Assembly (NCBI GenBank): GCA_041484665.1
Contig: JBGPIA010000007.1
Location: 64,001-128,000, forward strand
Direction of reading: 5' to 3'
DNA: 64,000 nucleotides
From: Candidatus Krumholzibacteriia bacterium
GTDB lineage: Bacteria > Krumholzibacteriota > Krumholzibacteriia > JAJRXK01
Position numbers and translations under genes: made by a program. This document shows, piece by piece, positions 38,951-49,535 of this stretch (its first letter is position 1; each line of letters begins with the position of its first letter). The notes beneath the pieces are model-generated. The model was given only the letters and a program-made list of their open reading frames with translations, was not told where the DNA came from and searched no databases.

Positions 38951-39660
38951 CGCACCGGACGCGGCACGCGAGGGGCACCCGGCCCATTGGGAGCGTCACG
39001 CTCGCCCGGTGTACCGGGTTCGCCCCCCCGCTCGCCCCGCGGCTCCCCGAGGAACTCACGCAGCTGCTTCACGTGCTCCCACATGTCGCGCTTGCGGCGC
39101 GGATCGCGCAGCAAGAACGCCGGGTGGTAAAGCACCATGAACTGGATGCCGGGATAGCCCGCCAGCGTGAAGAAGCGCCCCGCCTCGCGCTCCATACTGA
39201 TCTCGCCGTGGTCGGGGTCCATCCACTTGAGGGCCACGGCGCCCAGCAGCAGGACCACCTTCGGCTTCACCAGCTCGATCTGGCGCTCCAGGAACGGCCG
39301 GCAGGTTCGCGCCTCCTCGGAGCTGGGCGCGCGGTCGGTCTCTGGCATGCACTTCACGACGTTGGTGATGAGCATGTCGCGGTTGGTGTCCAGCCCGATG
39401 GCCGCCATGATCTTGTCGAGCAGCTCGCCGGCGCGCCCCACGAATGCCTGCCCGGTGGCGTCTTCATTGGCGCCCGGGCGCTCGCTCACGATCAGGATCG
39501 GCGCGTGGGGATTCCCGCGGTCCAGGACGATCTTCGACCTCGCGCGGCACAGGGAGCACCGCCGGCAGTCGTAGGCGCGCAGCGCCGCCGCGAATGCGGC
39601 GTAGTCGGCCGCGGCGAGAACGGCGTTGTATCCTTGATCGAACAGATCTACCTGGGGCAC
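38947..39660 (-). CDS. Uracil-DNA glycosylase family 4 (Fe-S)
   Basis: CRRCSLC, SERPGANED, FVGRAG, NVVKC, YHPAFLLR. Confidence 0.92.
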   Translation of the reverse strand: MPQVDLFDQGYNAVLAAADYAAFAAALRAYDCRRCSLCRARSKIVLDRGNPHAPILIVSERPGANEDATGQAFVGRAGELLDKIMAAIGLDTNRDMLITNVVKCMPETDRAPSSEEARTCRPFLERQIELVKPKVVLLLGAVALKWMDPDHGEISMEREAGRFFTLAGYPGIQFMVLYHPAFLLRDPRRKRDMWEHVKQLREFLGEPRGERGGEPGTPGERDAPNGPGAPRVPRPVR

Positions 39661-39793
39661 GGCCTGCGCTCCGCAGTGTTCGTCTGGCCCGGGGACCGGG
39701 GCAGCACACCGCTGGAAAGCGTACGCCTTACCCCGGACGGGTCAAGTGCGCGGGGAAGGCGCGCTCCGCGGCGCATTCCCCCGCGCGGCCGGG

Positions 39794-40465
39794 TTAGAGG
39801 CCGATGAGGCGGAAGCGCACGGGGCGCGATGCAGGGCCCTGCGCTCCACCGGCCTGCGGGACGACGATCCAGTAGCCCTCCGTGACGCCCTCCCACGCAA
39901 CGGCTTGCGCGGGCAGCACGTAGGTGGTGTCGGAGGTCACAGCATCGTGCAGCAGTCGCGCTCGTCCGTCAAAGAGACGGAACCGGTACGATTCTGCCAG
40001 CGGGTCGCGCGTCCAGGTGAAGCGCGCGGGCGGCTCGGCCAGATCCCCGCTCTGCGCGAGGCCGACAACCGTCGCGCCGGAGCCGCGCAGCACCGGGGGC
40101 TTGCGCTGTGGCTGGGAGACCAGCCGCGGCAGCAGGAACAGGAGCAGCACGAGCGAAGCCGCCAGCGGCAGCACCACCCGCAGCTGCAGCAGCGCGATGC
40201 GCCGCCTTGGCGTGGGTGCGGTCTCTCGCGCTTGCGGGCGGATCGCCGAACCTGCATGGGGCAGGGGGCGCTGCGCCGCCTCGCGGAAGACTCCGCGCAA
40301 ATTGAGCTCGGCGTACAGCGCCGCGGACATGGCATCATCGGCGAGCACGCGCCGCTCCAGCTCCTCGCGTTCCGGAAGCGTCAGGCGCCCTTCCACGTAG
40401 TCCGCGATGCGAGCGGCGTCCTGCTCGGGGATCCCCGGCCGCTCGTCGTTTCCCGCATCAGTCAT
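39794..40465 (-). CDS. Putative transmembrane anti-sigma factor
   Basis: ATGA-coupled to the ECF sigma; IADYVEGRLTLPEREELERRV anti-sigma-like helix, one TM, beta-rich periplasmic domain. Confidence 0.75.
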   Translation of the reverse strand: MTDAGNDERPGIPEQDAARIADYVEGRLTLPEREELERRVLADDAMSAALYAELNLRGVFREAAQRPLPHAGSAIRPQARETAPTPRRRIALLQLRVVLPLAASLVLLLFLLPRLVSQPQRKPPVLRGSGATVVGLAQSGDLAEPPARFTWTRDPLAESYRFRLFDGRARLLHDAVTSDTTYVLPAQAVAWEGVTEGYWIVVPQAGGAQGPASRPVRFRLIGL

Positions 40466-41082
40466 ACCAGCACTCCCCTGCTGTGGAGGATCGAGCGCAG
40501 CCGCTCGCGGCAGCGGTAGATCCGCCGGTACAGCACCGCCTCCTGCAGCCCCTCGCGCTGCGCGATCGCGGCCGGCTTGTCGCCGTCCACGATCCCCCGC
40601 AGGTATCGACCGCACGTCTCGCTTTCTGCACCGAGGACGTCGAGCGCCTCGTGCAGCAGGCGGGCCGTCTCCCCGCTCTCGAGCGACTCGAGCGGGGTGG
40701 GCTCCGGCCGCCCGCGCGCGGCATCCTGGAGCTGGTGGTGAGCCTGCGACGTGGGATCGGACGCCCGCCGGCGCGTGCGCTCGCGCTGGTAATAGTTGCC
40801 GATCGTGTTGCGCAGCACCTGGAAGCACCACGCGAGCGACGGCTCGTCTTCGAGCATGGCACCGGGGCCGGCCGCCGCGCCCTTCTCCACCACGATCACG
40901 AGCGCCTCCTGGACAAGATCCTCCGCGGTGGCCCGCGGGACCCTTCGGGCGGCGATGGCGAGAAATCGGGCGCGCAGCTGGTCGAGCCACTCCTCGTGGT
41001 GGCCGCGCTCCCGTGCAGTGGAGGTGTTTGCCGGCAAGGCAGGATCTCCCGTCGGGACTGGCGAACGGGCGCTTGTGGCCAT
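40462..41082 (-). CDS. ECF-type RNA polymerase sigma factor
   Basis: AEDLVQEAL, AWCFQVLRN (region 2); IAQREGLQEAVLYRRIYRCRERLR (region 4). Confidence 0.88.
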   Translation of the reverse strand: MATSARSPVPTGDPALPANTSTARERGHHEEWLDQLRARFLAIAARRVPRATAEDLVQEALVIVVEKGAAAGPGAMLEDEPSLAWCFQVLRNTIGNYYQRERTRRRASDPTSQAHHQLQDAARGRPEPTPLESLESGETARLLHEALDVLGAESETCGRYLRGIVDGDKPAAIAQREGLQEAVLYRRIYRCRERLRSILHSRGVLV

Positions 41083-41263
41083 GACCGCGCAGGCACCCCG
41101 GAGCCGGTCCCTCCGGATGCGCAGTGTAGCGGGAGTACGGGGGGCGGGAAAGGGACGACCCGGCCCATCCGGCAAGCACACTGCACGGGCACAGGCGGGT
41201 CGACCCGCAGCGCGCGCAGGAGCGTTGGCTGGCGCGGCCCGGCCGCGAGGGCGTAGCGTCCGG

Positions 41264-42391
41264 TCAGGCCATCTGCAGCACGTTGTAGTAGTTGTCGCGC
41301 ACGGCGGGCTTGAATCCCGCCTCGCGGATCAGGTCGTCCATCTGCTCGCGCGTGAGGCGGAAGTGCACTCCAGCCTCGGCCACTACGTTTTCCTCCATCA
41401 TGGTGCTGCCGAGATCGTTGGCGCCGAAGAAGAGCGTCAGCTGACCGATCTTGCGCCCTTGAGTGACCCACGAGGCCTGGAAGTTGTCGATGTTGTTCAG
41501 CGTGATGCGGCTGATGGCCAGCGTGCGCAGATAGTCGACGCTGCCCTTCTGGCCGCCCACGCCGATCAGCTCCAGTTGCTCGGGGTGATCGCGCGCCATG
41601 GGGGTGTTGGCCGGCTGATACGTCCAGCAGATAAACGCTGTGTAACCACCGGTGCGTTCCTGGCTCTCGCGGATGCGCAGCAGGTGCTCCACGCGCTCGG
41701 GGAGCGTCTCCACGTGCCCGAACATCATTGTGGCGCTGGTGCGCATACCCTGCGCGTGCGCCTCCTCCATGATCTCGGTCCAGCGCTGGGCGGTCACCTT
41801 GGTGGGCGCCAGCAGGCTCCGCACGCGGTCGTTGAGGATCTCGGCGCCGCCGCCGGGGATGCTGTCGAGGCCGGCCTCGTGCAACTCGCGGATCACCTCG
41901 CGCGTGGGCAGCTTGAACACCCTGCCGAAGTGCTCGATCTCGCTGGGGCTGAATCCGTGGATGTGGATCGGATAGCGCTCCTTGATCCCGCGCAGCAGCC
42001 CCTTGTACCAGTCCAGCGTCAGGTTGGGATGGTGGCCGCCCTGCAGCAGGATCTGCGTGCCGCCGATCGCGAGCAGCTCTTCGATCTTGTGGTGGATCTG
42101 CTCGCTGCTCAACACGTAGGAGTCCTCTTCTTTCTTGTGGCGGTAGAAGGCGCAGAACGTGCAATCGACGTAGCAGACGTTGGTGTAGTTGATGTTGCGG
42201 TCGATGACGTAGGTCACCAGGTCGGGTGGGCACCGGCGCAGGCGGATGTCGTGGGCGGCGCGCCCCAGGGCGTGCAGATCGGCCTCCTCGAACAGCAGCA
42301 GCACCGCGCCGCCAGCCAGGCTCTCGCCGGCCACGGCCTCCTGGAGGATGTCCTCGACCTCGGGAGTGCTGCTGTAGGTCCAGGCTGCCAT
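41264..42391 (-). CDS. mqnC: Cyclic dehypoxanthinyl futalosine synthase (radical SAM)
   Basis: DRNINYTNVCYVDCTFCAF, LLQGG, SIPGGGAEIL, QASWVTQG, GSTMMEENVV. Confidence 0.92.
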   Translation of the reverse strand: MAAWTYSSTPEVEDILQEAVAGESLAGGAVLLLFEEADLHALGRAAHDIRLRRCPPDLVTYVIDRNINYTNVCYVDCTFCAFYRHKKEEDSYVLSSEQIHHKIEELLAIGGTQILLQGGHHPNLTLDWYKGLLRGIKERYPIHIHGFSPSEIEHFGRVFKLPTREVIRELHEAGLDSIPGGGAEILNDRVRSLLAPTKVTAQRWTEIMEEAHAQGMRTSATMMFGHVETLPERVEHLLRIRESQERTGGYTAFICWTYQPANTPMARDHPEQLELIGVGGQKGSVDYLRTLAISRITLNNIDNFQASWVTQGRKIGQLTLFFGANDLGSTMMEENVVAEAGVHFRLTREQMDDLIREAGFKPAVRDNYYNVLQMA

Positions 42392-42493
42392 GGCCGGGTG
42401 AAGATAGCGCAGATCGGGCGGGCCAACCACGGGGCGTGCGGGGCCGGGTGACCGGGGGCGGAGGGGCGGGGGGAGCCGCGCACCCATGTTGCC

Positions 42494-42589
42494 GGCGGGT
42501 CCGTAAGCACAATGTGCGTACGGCGCGGGCCGTAGCGCAGTCGTGTTCCGGGCGGGACCGTAAGCACAATGTGCTTACGGGACCGGCCG
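42494..42589. repeat. Two ~39-bp direct repeats (57-bp period), each with a 23-bp palindromic core
   Basis: CCGTAAGCACAATGTGCGTACGG (42501-42523) and CCGTAAGCACAATGTGCTTACGG (42558-42580). Confidence 0.85.
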
Positions 42590-42601
42590 GGACATCGCTG
42601 T

Positions 42602-44536
42602 CTAAGGAGTGGGCGGCACGTCGGAACCCGCCGCGGCGCCGCGCCGGGTGTAGAGCCAAGAGACGCCAAGCAGCACGACCGCCGCCACCAACAGGCTCGA
42701 CACCCGGTAGACGGCGGCCAGCCCCGACAGATCGACCAGCAGCAGCTTGGCCAACAGCAGCCCGAAAACCGTCAGCCCGAACCAGCGGGCTGCCGCGCTG
42801 CCGCGAGCGAAGCCCAGCGCGCTGGCGGCCGCTCCGTAGAGCGCCCACGCGATGGAGATCGCCGCCTGCGTCCAGCGGTACGCGGCGCGCACTGTCCCCA
42901 CGTCCTCGCCGGCGCGCAGGCGCATGCGGCCGCCCTGCTCGGTGAGACCTGCGGAGATCACCAGCAGCCCCGTCGCGCCCGCGACGATCCGCAGCCAGCG
43001 ACCGACCGGCACCCCGAGCACGCGCATCCCGGCGCGGTGCGCGATCCAGCCCGCGCACGCGTAGCCCGCGGCGCACAGCAGCAGCACCGCCGTGTGCACG
43101 CCGAGCTGCGGCGCCAGTCCCCGGCCCATGTGGGCGAAATCGATCACGATCATGTGCCCAAGCGCCATGGCCAGCACGGCGAAGCTCATCGCCTTCATCC
43201 AGCGGATGCCCGTGCGCACGGCGAGCCAAAGCAGCAGATTGCCCTCCGCCACCCACGCAAACGTGACGGCGACACGGTCCAGCTCCGCCGGGACGGTGAT
43301 GATCGCGAACGTCAGAGCGACAGCCAGCAGGGTCTCGAAGGCGAGGGCCGGCTGCGGCACGCCCGCATCGGCTGCGCGGCCGCTCACGAGAACCGCCTGC
43401 GCCAGATGGAACATTGCGAGGCTGGCCGCGATCCAGCCCAGCCCGGCGCGCCGCTCGACGTGCAGCAACCACGCGCTCCACAGGAAGAACGCCGCGGCCG
43501 CGCCGATCCAAAGCACGAGGTCCGATGCCACAAAGGGGCGCCGGCGGGGCAGCCGGCGTGCGTAGGGCGTCAGGGCGAACAGCAGGAAGGTCAGCGCCTG
43601 TGCCCCCCACACGCTGGCAAAACGTCCGGCCCCGTACTCCCGTTGCGTCCAGCGCGCCCACGTGAGGTTGGTGCCCGCCAGCGCGACCGCATCGAGCCAC
43701 GCCCAACCCCGCCGCGTACCGAGCGCAAGCGCCATCAGGTCCACGCACAGCAGGAACAGCGCAAGTTGGAACGCCGCCTGACCGCCACCGGCGAGCAGCG
43801 GCGAGAGGAAGCCGCCCGCCAGCGCCACCACGGCCACCGCCTGCGAGCCCATCGCCAGGGCCACGAGGGCGCCCGCCACCGTGACCGCGACCATCGCCGC
43901 CAGGGCCGCGGCGGAGGGCATCAGCCCGTACAGCGCGTGGGCGACGTAGAGTGTCGCATAGAGGATCGCGAGCCCCGCGCCGGTGACGCCCTGGGCGAAG
44001 ATCCGTTGCCCGCGTCGCTGCAGGGCGAGGCCACCGCCCGTCATGACCGCGCCGGCGACCAGGCCCAGCGCCACGCGCCCGGCCGGGCCCACCCAGTCGT
44101 GGTCGAAAGCATGCTTGAGCAGGAAGATGACGGCGACGACCAGCACAACTGCGCCGACGCGGTTGAGCACCTTGCCGCCAAGTAAAATCTCGAGCTCGTG
44201 TGCCGAGTGCGCGTGGTTCGCCTCGCGGGCGCGATCGCGCAGCCGACGCGCGAGCGTGCCCGCCGCCGTCGGCGCCCCGGCCGCCGCGGCCGCCGCCCGA
44301 GTCAACGGCGTCGTCGGGGTCGTCGCAACAAGCAGCGCTGCTGGAGTCAACGGCTCGCCCGGCGTGAACGGGCGACGTGCGCCGCTTCCATCCAGCTCGA
44401 TCCACCGATCCTCGAGGCCGCGCACCGCGCTCTCCAGCAGCGCCAGCTTGCCCTTGGCCTGCAACGCGACGACCAGCGCGAGCAACGGCACGCCCAGCAG
44501 GACTGCCACGATCACGATCGCGAAAAGGAATTCCAT
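42602..44536 (-). CDS. DUF2339-like polytopic membrane protein
   Basis: LEILLGGKVLNRVG, W.GP.GRV.LG, GAG.AILY, KLLLVDLSGL...YRV; start trimmed to MEFLFA. Confidence 0.85.
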   Translation of the reverse strand: MEFLFAIVIVAVLLGVPLLALVVALQAKGKLALLESAVRGLEDRWIELDGSGARRPFTPGEPLTPAALLVATTPTTPLTRAAAAAAGAPTAAGTLARRLRDRAREANHAHSAHELEILLGGKVLNRVGAVVLVVAVIFLLKHAFDHDWVGPAGRVALGLVAGAVMTGGGLALQRRGQRIFAQGVTGAGLAILYATLYVAHALYGLMPSAAALAAMVAVTVAGALVALAMGSQAVAVVALAGGFLSPLLAGGGQAAFQLALFLLCVDLMALALGTRRGWAWLDAVALAGTNLTWARWTQREYGAGRFASVWGAQALTFLLFALTPYARRLPRRRPFVASDLVLWIGAAAAFFLWSAWLLHVERRAGLGWIAASLAMFHLAQAVLVSGRAADAGVPQPALAFETLLAVALTFAIITVPAELDRVAVTFAWVAEGNLLLWLAVRTGIRWMKAMSFAVLAMALGHMIVIDFAHMGRGLAPQLGVHTAVLLLCAAGYACAGWIAHRAGMRVLGVPVGRWLRIVAGATGLLVISAGLTEQGGRMRLRAGEDVGTVRAAYRWTQAAISIAWALYGAAASALGFARGSAAARWFGLTVFGLLLAKLLLVDLSGLAAVYRVSSLLVAAVVLLGVSWLYTRRGAAAGSDVPPTP

Positions 44537-44785
44537 GGCCCTTGGCCCCGGGGGACCGCACGAAGGGCGCGGATCACCCGCACGCTGCGCGCAGATCGCT
44601 GTCAGTTCGCTCGGGGACCGCCCCCGGCCCGCCGGCAGTCTGGCACGCACCCAGGCGAATCGTCCATCGCCCAGGCACTCGGCCATGGCGAGGCGGCACA
44701 GGGCGTAAGTCCGCGCGGCAGCAAGAGCCGGTGCCAAACCGGCTTCCTTGGGGTAGACTGGCCGCCGGCCCCGACCGGAGCTCCC

Positions 44786-45133
44786 TTGGAGACAGCCTGC
44801 AACATCGGGCCGTCGCAGCAGCGCCGCCGGCTCATCGTCGGTATGCCGCTGCTCTTCGCCGGCGTCGTCGCGTCGTTCCTCACGCGCAGCGTCCTCGCGC
44901 AATTGATCGCCTTCCTCGGCTTGCTGACCGTGCTCCAGGTTCCTACGCAAACCTGCGTCGCGCTCGCCCTGCGCGGCGAGAAGAACCTCGACCAGGGGCC
45001 GGTCCGGCTGGACGATCCCGCGGAGATCGCCTTCTTCCGCAGGCGCGCGCTGCAGGTCGTGGCGCTGGCGTTGTTGGCGACGCTGCTGCTGTGGGCCGCC
45101 AGCCGTGCCTGGTTCCGCTTCGCCCGGGCTTGA
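44786..45133 (+). CDS. Small membrane protein with CNIGP motif
   Basis: GGAG before [14 protein letters not shown] followed by three hydrophobic segments. Confidence 0.65.
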   Translation: METACNIGPSQQRRRLIVGMPLLFAGVVASFLTRSVLAQLIAFLGLLTVLQVPTQTCVALALRGEKNLDQGPVRLDDPAEIAFFRRRALQVVALALLATLLLWAASRAWFRFARA

Positions 45134-45179
45134 AGCCCTCCGTCCGACCCCCCCATCCAGATCGCAGGAGGAACCCCCA

Positions 45180-48100
45180 GTGAGACGCACGCTCTTCGCA
45201 TCGCTCGCGTTCGCCGTGCTCACGGCAAAGGCCGTGCTCGGCATCGATCTCGCCGTGGCCGCTGCGCCACCGAAGGCCGGCGCGAGCGCGAAGCAGCCCG
45301 GCGACCCCGCCCAGGACGTGAAGGTGAGCGCGGCCAAGACGGCGAACGACGAGTCCAAGCCGGAGAAGGACGGGACCAAGGCCGAGAAGAAGAAGGAAGC
45401 GCCCAAGCGAGCCAAGGACGAGAAGGCCAAGGGCAAGCAGGACGAGAAGAAGGAGAAGCTGAGCGCCGAGACGCTGGCGGGGCTCAAGTTCCGCTCGATC
45501 GGCCCCGCTCTCACGTCGGGGCGTATCGTGGATCTGGCCGTGCACCCGAAGGACCAGAGCGTCTATTTCGTGGTCGCCGGGTCGGGCGGCGTGTGGAAGA
45601 CCACCAACCACGGCACGACGTTCAAGCCGGTGTTCGACGGCGCCGGCTCCTATTCGGTGGGGTGCGTCACGATCTCCGCCGCGGACCCGCTGCAGGTGTG
45701 GGTGGGCTCGGGTGAGAACAACAGCCAGCGCAGCGTCGGCTACGGCGACGGCGTCTACAAGTCCGTGGATGGTGGCGAGACCTTCGACAACGTCGGGCTG
45801 AAGGACTCGGAGCACATCGGCCGCATCGTCGTCCATCCGCAGGATCCCGGGGTCGTCTACGTAGCGGCACAGGGTCCGCTGTGGGGCCCGGGTGGCGACC
45901 GCGGCCTCTACAAGACGCAGGACGGCGGCAAGACCTGGAAGGCCGTGCTGACCATCAGCGAGAACACCGGCGTCTCCGATGTCGTCATGGACCCGCGCAA
46001 CCCCGACGTGCTGTACGCGTCAGCCTACCAGCGCCGCCGCCACGTCTGGACGCTCATCGACGGTGGCCCCGAGTCGGCCATCTACAAGAGCGTGGACGCC
46101 GGACAGACCTGGACCAAGCTGACGAAGGGGCTGCCCGGCAAGGACAGCAAGGACGTCGGCCGCATCGGGCTGGCCATCGCGCCCGCCGATCCCGACGTGG
46201 TCTACGCCATCATCGAGACTCCCGACGATGACAAGGGCGTGTACCGCACCACCAATGCGGGGGCGAGTTGGGAGAAGCGCTGTGGTTACGTGGCCAGCAG
46301 CCCGCAGTACTACCAGGAGCTGTTCTGCGACCCCAAGGAGGTGGGCCGCCTCTACTCCGTGGACTTCTCCATCATGATGAGCGAGGACGGCGGCAAGACC
46401 TTCAACAAGCTGGCCGAGGTGGCCAAGCACGTAGACAACCACGCGCTGTCGATCGACCCGCAGGACACGCGTCACCTGCTGTCCGGCTGCGACGGCGGAC
46501 TCTACGAGACGTACGACCGCGGCGCGACGTGGATCTTCAAGGCCAACCTGCCCGTCACGCAGTTCTACCGCGTTGCTGTCGACAACTCCGAGCCGTTCTA
46601 CTACGTGTATGGTGGCACGCAGGACAATTTCAGCTTGGGGGGCCCATCGCGCACCACCAGCGCCAGCGGCATCCTCAACGCCGACTGGTTCGTCACCACC
46701 GGCGGCGACGGCTTCTTCAGCCGCGTGGACCCCGTCGACCCCAACATCATCTACTCCGAGTCGCAGCACGGCGGCCTCGTGCGCTTCGACCGGAGCAACG
46801 GCGAGACCATCGACATCCAGCCGCAGCCCGGACCCGACGATCCGGGGTTGCGCTGGAACTGGGACTCTCCCCTGATCATCAGCCCCCACTCGCCTGCGCG
46901 GCTGTACTTCGCGGCGCAGCGCCTCTTCAGCAGCGACGACCGCGGTGACAGCTGGAAGCCGGTCAGCCCCGATCTCACGCGTCAGGTGGACCGCAACAAG
47001 CTCGCGGTGATGGGCAAGGTGTGGAGCGTGGACGCGGTGGCGAAGAATGCCTCGACGTCGTTCTACGGCAACATCGTGGCCCTCAGCGAGTCGCCGCTGG
47101 TCGAGGGGCTGCTCTACGTGGGCACCGACGATGGCCTCGTCCAGGTCACGCAGGATGGCGGCAAGGCCTGGAGCAAGATCGACAAGTTCGCCGGCGTCCC
47201 CGACATGACCTACGTGCGCCGGCTGGAAGCCTCACTGCACGATCCCAACACCGTCTACGCGGTGTTCGACAACCACAAGATGCACGACTTCAAGCCGTAC
47301 CTGCTCGTGAGCCGTGACCGCGGCGCGACCTGGACGTCGATCGCGGGCGACCTCCCGGCGCGCGGGCAGGTCAACTCGCTCGCGCAGGACCCGGCGAGGG
47401 CCGACCTGCTGTTCGCCGGCACCGAGTTCGGCCTCTACGTGACCCTCGACGGCGGCAAGAAGTGGATCCAGCTCAAGGGTGGCCTGCCCACCGTCCAGAT
47501 CCGCGACCTGGCGATCCAGCAGCGCGAGAACGACCTGGTGGTCGCCAGCTTCGGGCGCGGCTTCTACATCCTGGACGACTTCACGCCGCTGCGGAAGCTC
47601 AGCGCCGCGGCCCTCGAACAGCACGCGGCGCTGAGCTTCCCGGTGAAGCCGGCGTGGATGTACATGGAGAAGCAGCCGCTCGGCCTGCCCGGCAAGGCGT
47701 TCCAGGGCGACAGCTTCTACGCCGCGTCCAACCCGCCGTTCGGCGCTACGTTTACCTACTACCTGCGCGACGAGCTCCAGACGCGCAAGGCCAGGCGCCA
47801 GGGCGACGAGAAGAAGACCCGGGAAGCGGCCGGGATTGTCTCGTACCCGAGCTGGGACGCGCTGCGCGCCGAGGCGCGCGAGGATGCGCCGGTGGTGATC
47901 GTCACGATCAGCGACGAGGATGGCGACGTCATCCGGCGCCTGACCGGACCCACCGACGCGGGCATCCACCGCGTGTCGTGGGACCTGCGCTATCCACCCC
48001 CCGACCCCACCAACCTCAATCCTGGCGAGCCGAACATCTTCGCGCCGCCGCCGATGGGCCCGATGGTCGCTCCCGACACCTACCGCGTCACCTTCGAGCA

Positions 48101-48662
48101 GCGCGTCGACGGCGTGATGAGCCCGTTGTGCGACCCGCAGATGTTCCGGTGCGTGGCGCTGGGGACCGCAACGCTGCCTGCCAAGGACAAGGAGGCGGTC
48201 CTGGCCTTCGAGCGCAAGACGGCCCGATTGCAGCGCGTTGTGTTGGGCAGCGTCGAGGCGGCACGCGAGGCGCAGACGCGCCTCGACCACGTGAAGAAGG
48301 CCATCACCGACGCGCCCGACGCCGCGCCGGCGTTGCGCGAGCAGGCCATCGCGCTGGAGCGGCGCCTGAAAGACCTGCGCGAACGGCTGGAGGGGGATAC
48401 CGTCCTGCGCTCCCACAACGAGCCGACGCCCCCGTCGATCAGCGAGCGCGTCGGGCAAATCGTCACCGGGCACTGGACGTCGACCTCGGCGCCCACGAAG
48501 ACGCACCAGGACAATTATGCGATCGCCGCGCAGCAGTTCGGGCAGGTCCTCGAGCAGTTGCGCACGCTGATCGAGGTCGATCTGCGCGGCCTGGAGGACC
48601 AGATCGAGGCGGTGGGCGCTCCGTGGACGCCCGGGCGCGTCCCGCGCTGGAAGTCCGAGTAG
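45180..48662 (+). CDS. Exported VPS10/sortilin-like BNR-repeat beta-propeller protein (glycosyl hydrolase-like)
   Basis: FRSIGPA..SGRI, many S.DGG.TW Asp-boxes, GGTQDN, GGDGF; AGGAGG RBS. Confidence 0.9.
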   Translation: MRRTLFASLAFAVLTAKAVLGIDLAVAAAPPKAGASAKQPGDPAQDVKVSAAKTANDESKPEKDGTKAEKKKEAPKRAKDEKAKGKQDEKKEKLSAETLAGLKFRSIGPALTSGRIVDLAVHPKDQSVYFVVAGSGGVWKTTNHGTTFKPVFDGAGSYSVGCVTISAADPLQVWVGSGENNSQRSVGYGDGVYKSVDGGETFDNVGLKDSEHIGRIVVHPQDPGVVYVAAQGPLWGPGGDRGLYKTQDGGKTWKAVLTISENTGVSDVVMDPRNPDVLYASAYQRRRHVWTLIDGGPESAIYKSVDAGQTWTKLTKGLPGKDSKDVGRIGLAIAPADPDVVYAIIETPDDDKGVYRTTNAGASWEKRCGYVASSPQYYQELFCDPKEVGRLYSVDFSIMMSEDGGKTFNKLAEVAKHVDNHALSIDPQDTRHLLSGCDGGLYETYDRGATWIFKANLPVTQFYRVAVDNSEPFYYVYGGTQDNFSLGGPSRTTSASGILNADWFVTTGGDGFFSRVDPVDPNIIYSESQHGGLVRFDRSNGETIDIQPQPGPDDPGLRWNWDSPLIISPHSPARLYFAAQRLFSSDDRGDSWKPVSPDLTRQVDRNKLAVMGKVWSVDAVAKNASTSFYGNIVALSESPLVEGLLYVGTDDGLVQVTQDGGKAWSKIDKFAGVPDMTYVRRLEASLHDPNTVYAVFDNHKMHDFKPYLLVSRDRGATWTSIAGDLPARGQVNSLAQDPARADLLFAGTEFGLYVTLDGGKKWIQLKGGLPTVQIRDLAIQQRENDLVVASFGRGFYILDDFTPLRKLSAAALEQHAALSFPVKPAWMYMEKQPLGLPGKAFQGDSFYAASNPPFGATFTYYLRDELQTRKARRQGDEKKTREAAGIVSYPSWDALRAEAREDAPVVIVTISDEDGDVIRRLTGPTDAGIHRVSWDLRYPPPDPTNLNPGEPNIFAPPPMGPMVAPDTYRVTFEQRVDGVMSPLCDPQMFRCVALGTATLPAKDKEAVLAFERKTARLQRVVLGSVEAAREAQTRLDHVKKAITDAPDAAPALREQAIALERRLKDLRERLEGDTVLRSHNEPTPPSISERVGQIVTGHWTSTSAPTKTHQDNYAIAAQQFGQVLEQLRTLIEVDLRGLEDQIEAVGAPWTPGRVPRWKSE

Positions 48663-48782
48663 ACCGCAGCGGGTAGCAGGGGGCGATGGAAGCGCCGGCG
48701 GCCGGGGGGTCTGGACACTCCGGCGGCGGGACGTGGTGGCCCGCCCGCAGCAGCGGCGCGCGCCCGGCCCTGTCACGGGCGC

Positions 48783-49535
48783 TCAGGCGTGCGGGTGGCG
48801 ATGCTGGAGGATGTGCGGCTTCTCCAGACCGTGCGCCAGCATGAACGCCTCGTCGGACAACAGCTCCACCGTCGGCCCGTCGGCGAGCACGCGTCCCTCG
48901 TCCAGCACGATCGTGCGCGGGCAGAGCTCCACCACCAGCTCGAGATCGTGGGTAGCGATGATCTTCGTGGCGGGGATGCGTCGCAGCAGCTCCTTCAGCT
49001 GGCGCTTGGCACGCGGGTCGAGGTCGCTGGTCGGCTCATCCAGTGCGAGCACGCGGGGCCGGCAGGCGAGGATCCCCGCAAGACACACGCGCTGCTTCTC
49101 GCCCCCGCTCAGGTGGTGGGGCGAGCGGTCCTCGAAGCCGGCGAGCCCGACCTGCGCGAGAGTCTCGAGCACGCGCGCGCGCAGCTCACCATCGCTGGCG
49201 CCGAACTGCTGCGGACCGAACGCCACGTCCTCGTACACGGTGGGGCAGAACAGCTGGTCGTCGGGGTCCTGGAACAGAAGCCCCACGCGGCGGCGGATCA
49301 TCTCCAGGTTCCGCGGCTCCACCGGGTCGCCGCAGATGAAGACCGACGGCACTGGCCCGAGCTTCTCGGGCAGGATGCCGTTGAGATGCAGCAGCACGGT
49401 GGACTTGCCGGCACCGTTGGGGCCGATGAGCCCCACGCACTCCCCCTCGCCGACCTTGAAGCTCACCCCGCGCAGCGCCAACTCGCCGTCCGGATAGCGG
49501 AATTGGAGATCGCGGACCTCGATGGCGTCGCTCAT
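48783..49535 (-). CDS. cbiO: ECF transporter ATPase (CbiO/NikO)
   Basis: GPNGAGKST, FQDPDDQLF, LSGGEKQR, LDEPT. Confidence 0.9.
   Translation of the reverse strand: MSDAIEVRDLQFRYPDGELALRGVSFKVGEGECVGLIGPNGAGKSTVLLHLNGILPEKLGPVPSVFICGDPVEPRNLEMIRRRVGLLFQDPDDQLFCPTVYEDVAFGPQQFGASDGELRARVLETLAQVGLAGFEDRSPHHLSGGEKQRVCLAGILACRPRVLALDEPTSDLDPRAKRQLKELLRRIPATKIIATHDLELVVELCPRTIVLDEGRVLADGPTVELLSDEAFMLAHGLEKPHILQHRHPHA

Noticed and set aside
42494..42589. Mini CRISPR array
   Set aside because: Only two units, only about 18 bp of unique sequence between the extended repeats, and no cas genes in the window
40896..44561. 1221-aa minus-strand ORF and other long alternative-frame or antisense ORFs (e.g. 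18174..20828, 97..1392, 25353..27548)
   Set aside because: Shadow ORFs expected at this GC content; they overlap genes with clear family motifs and show none themselves
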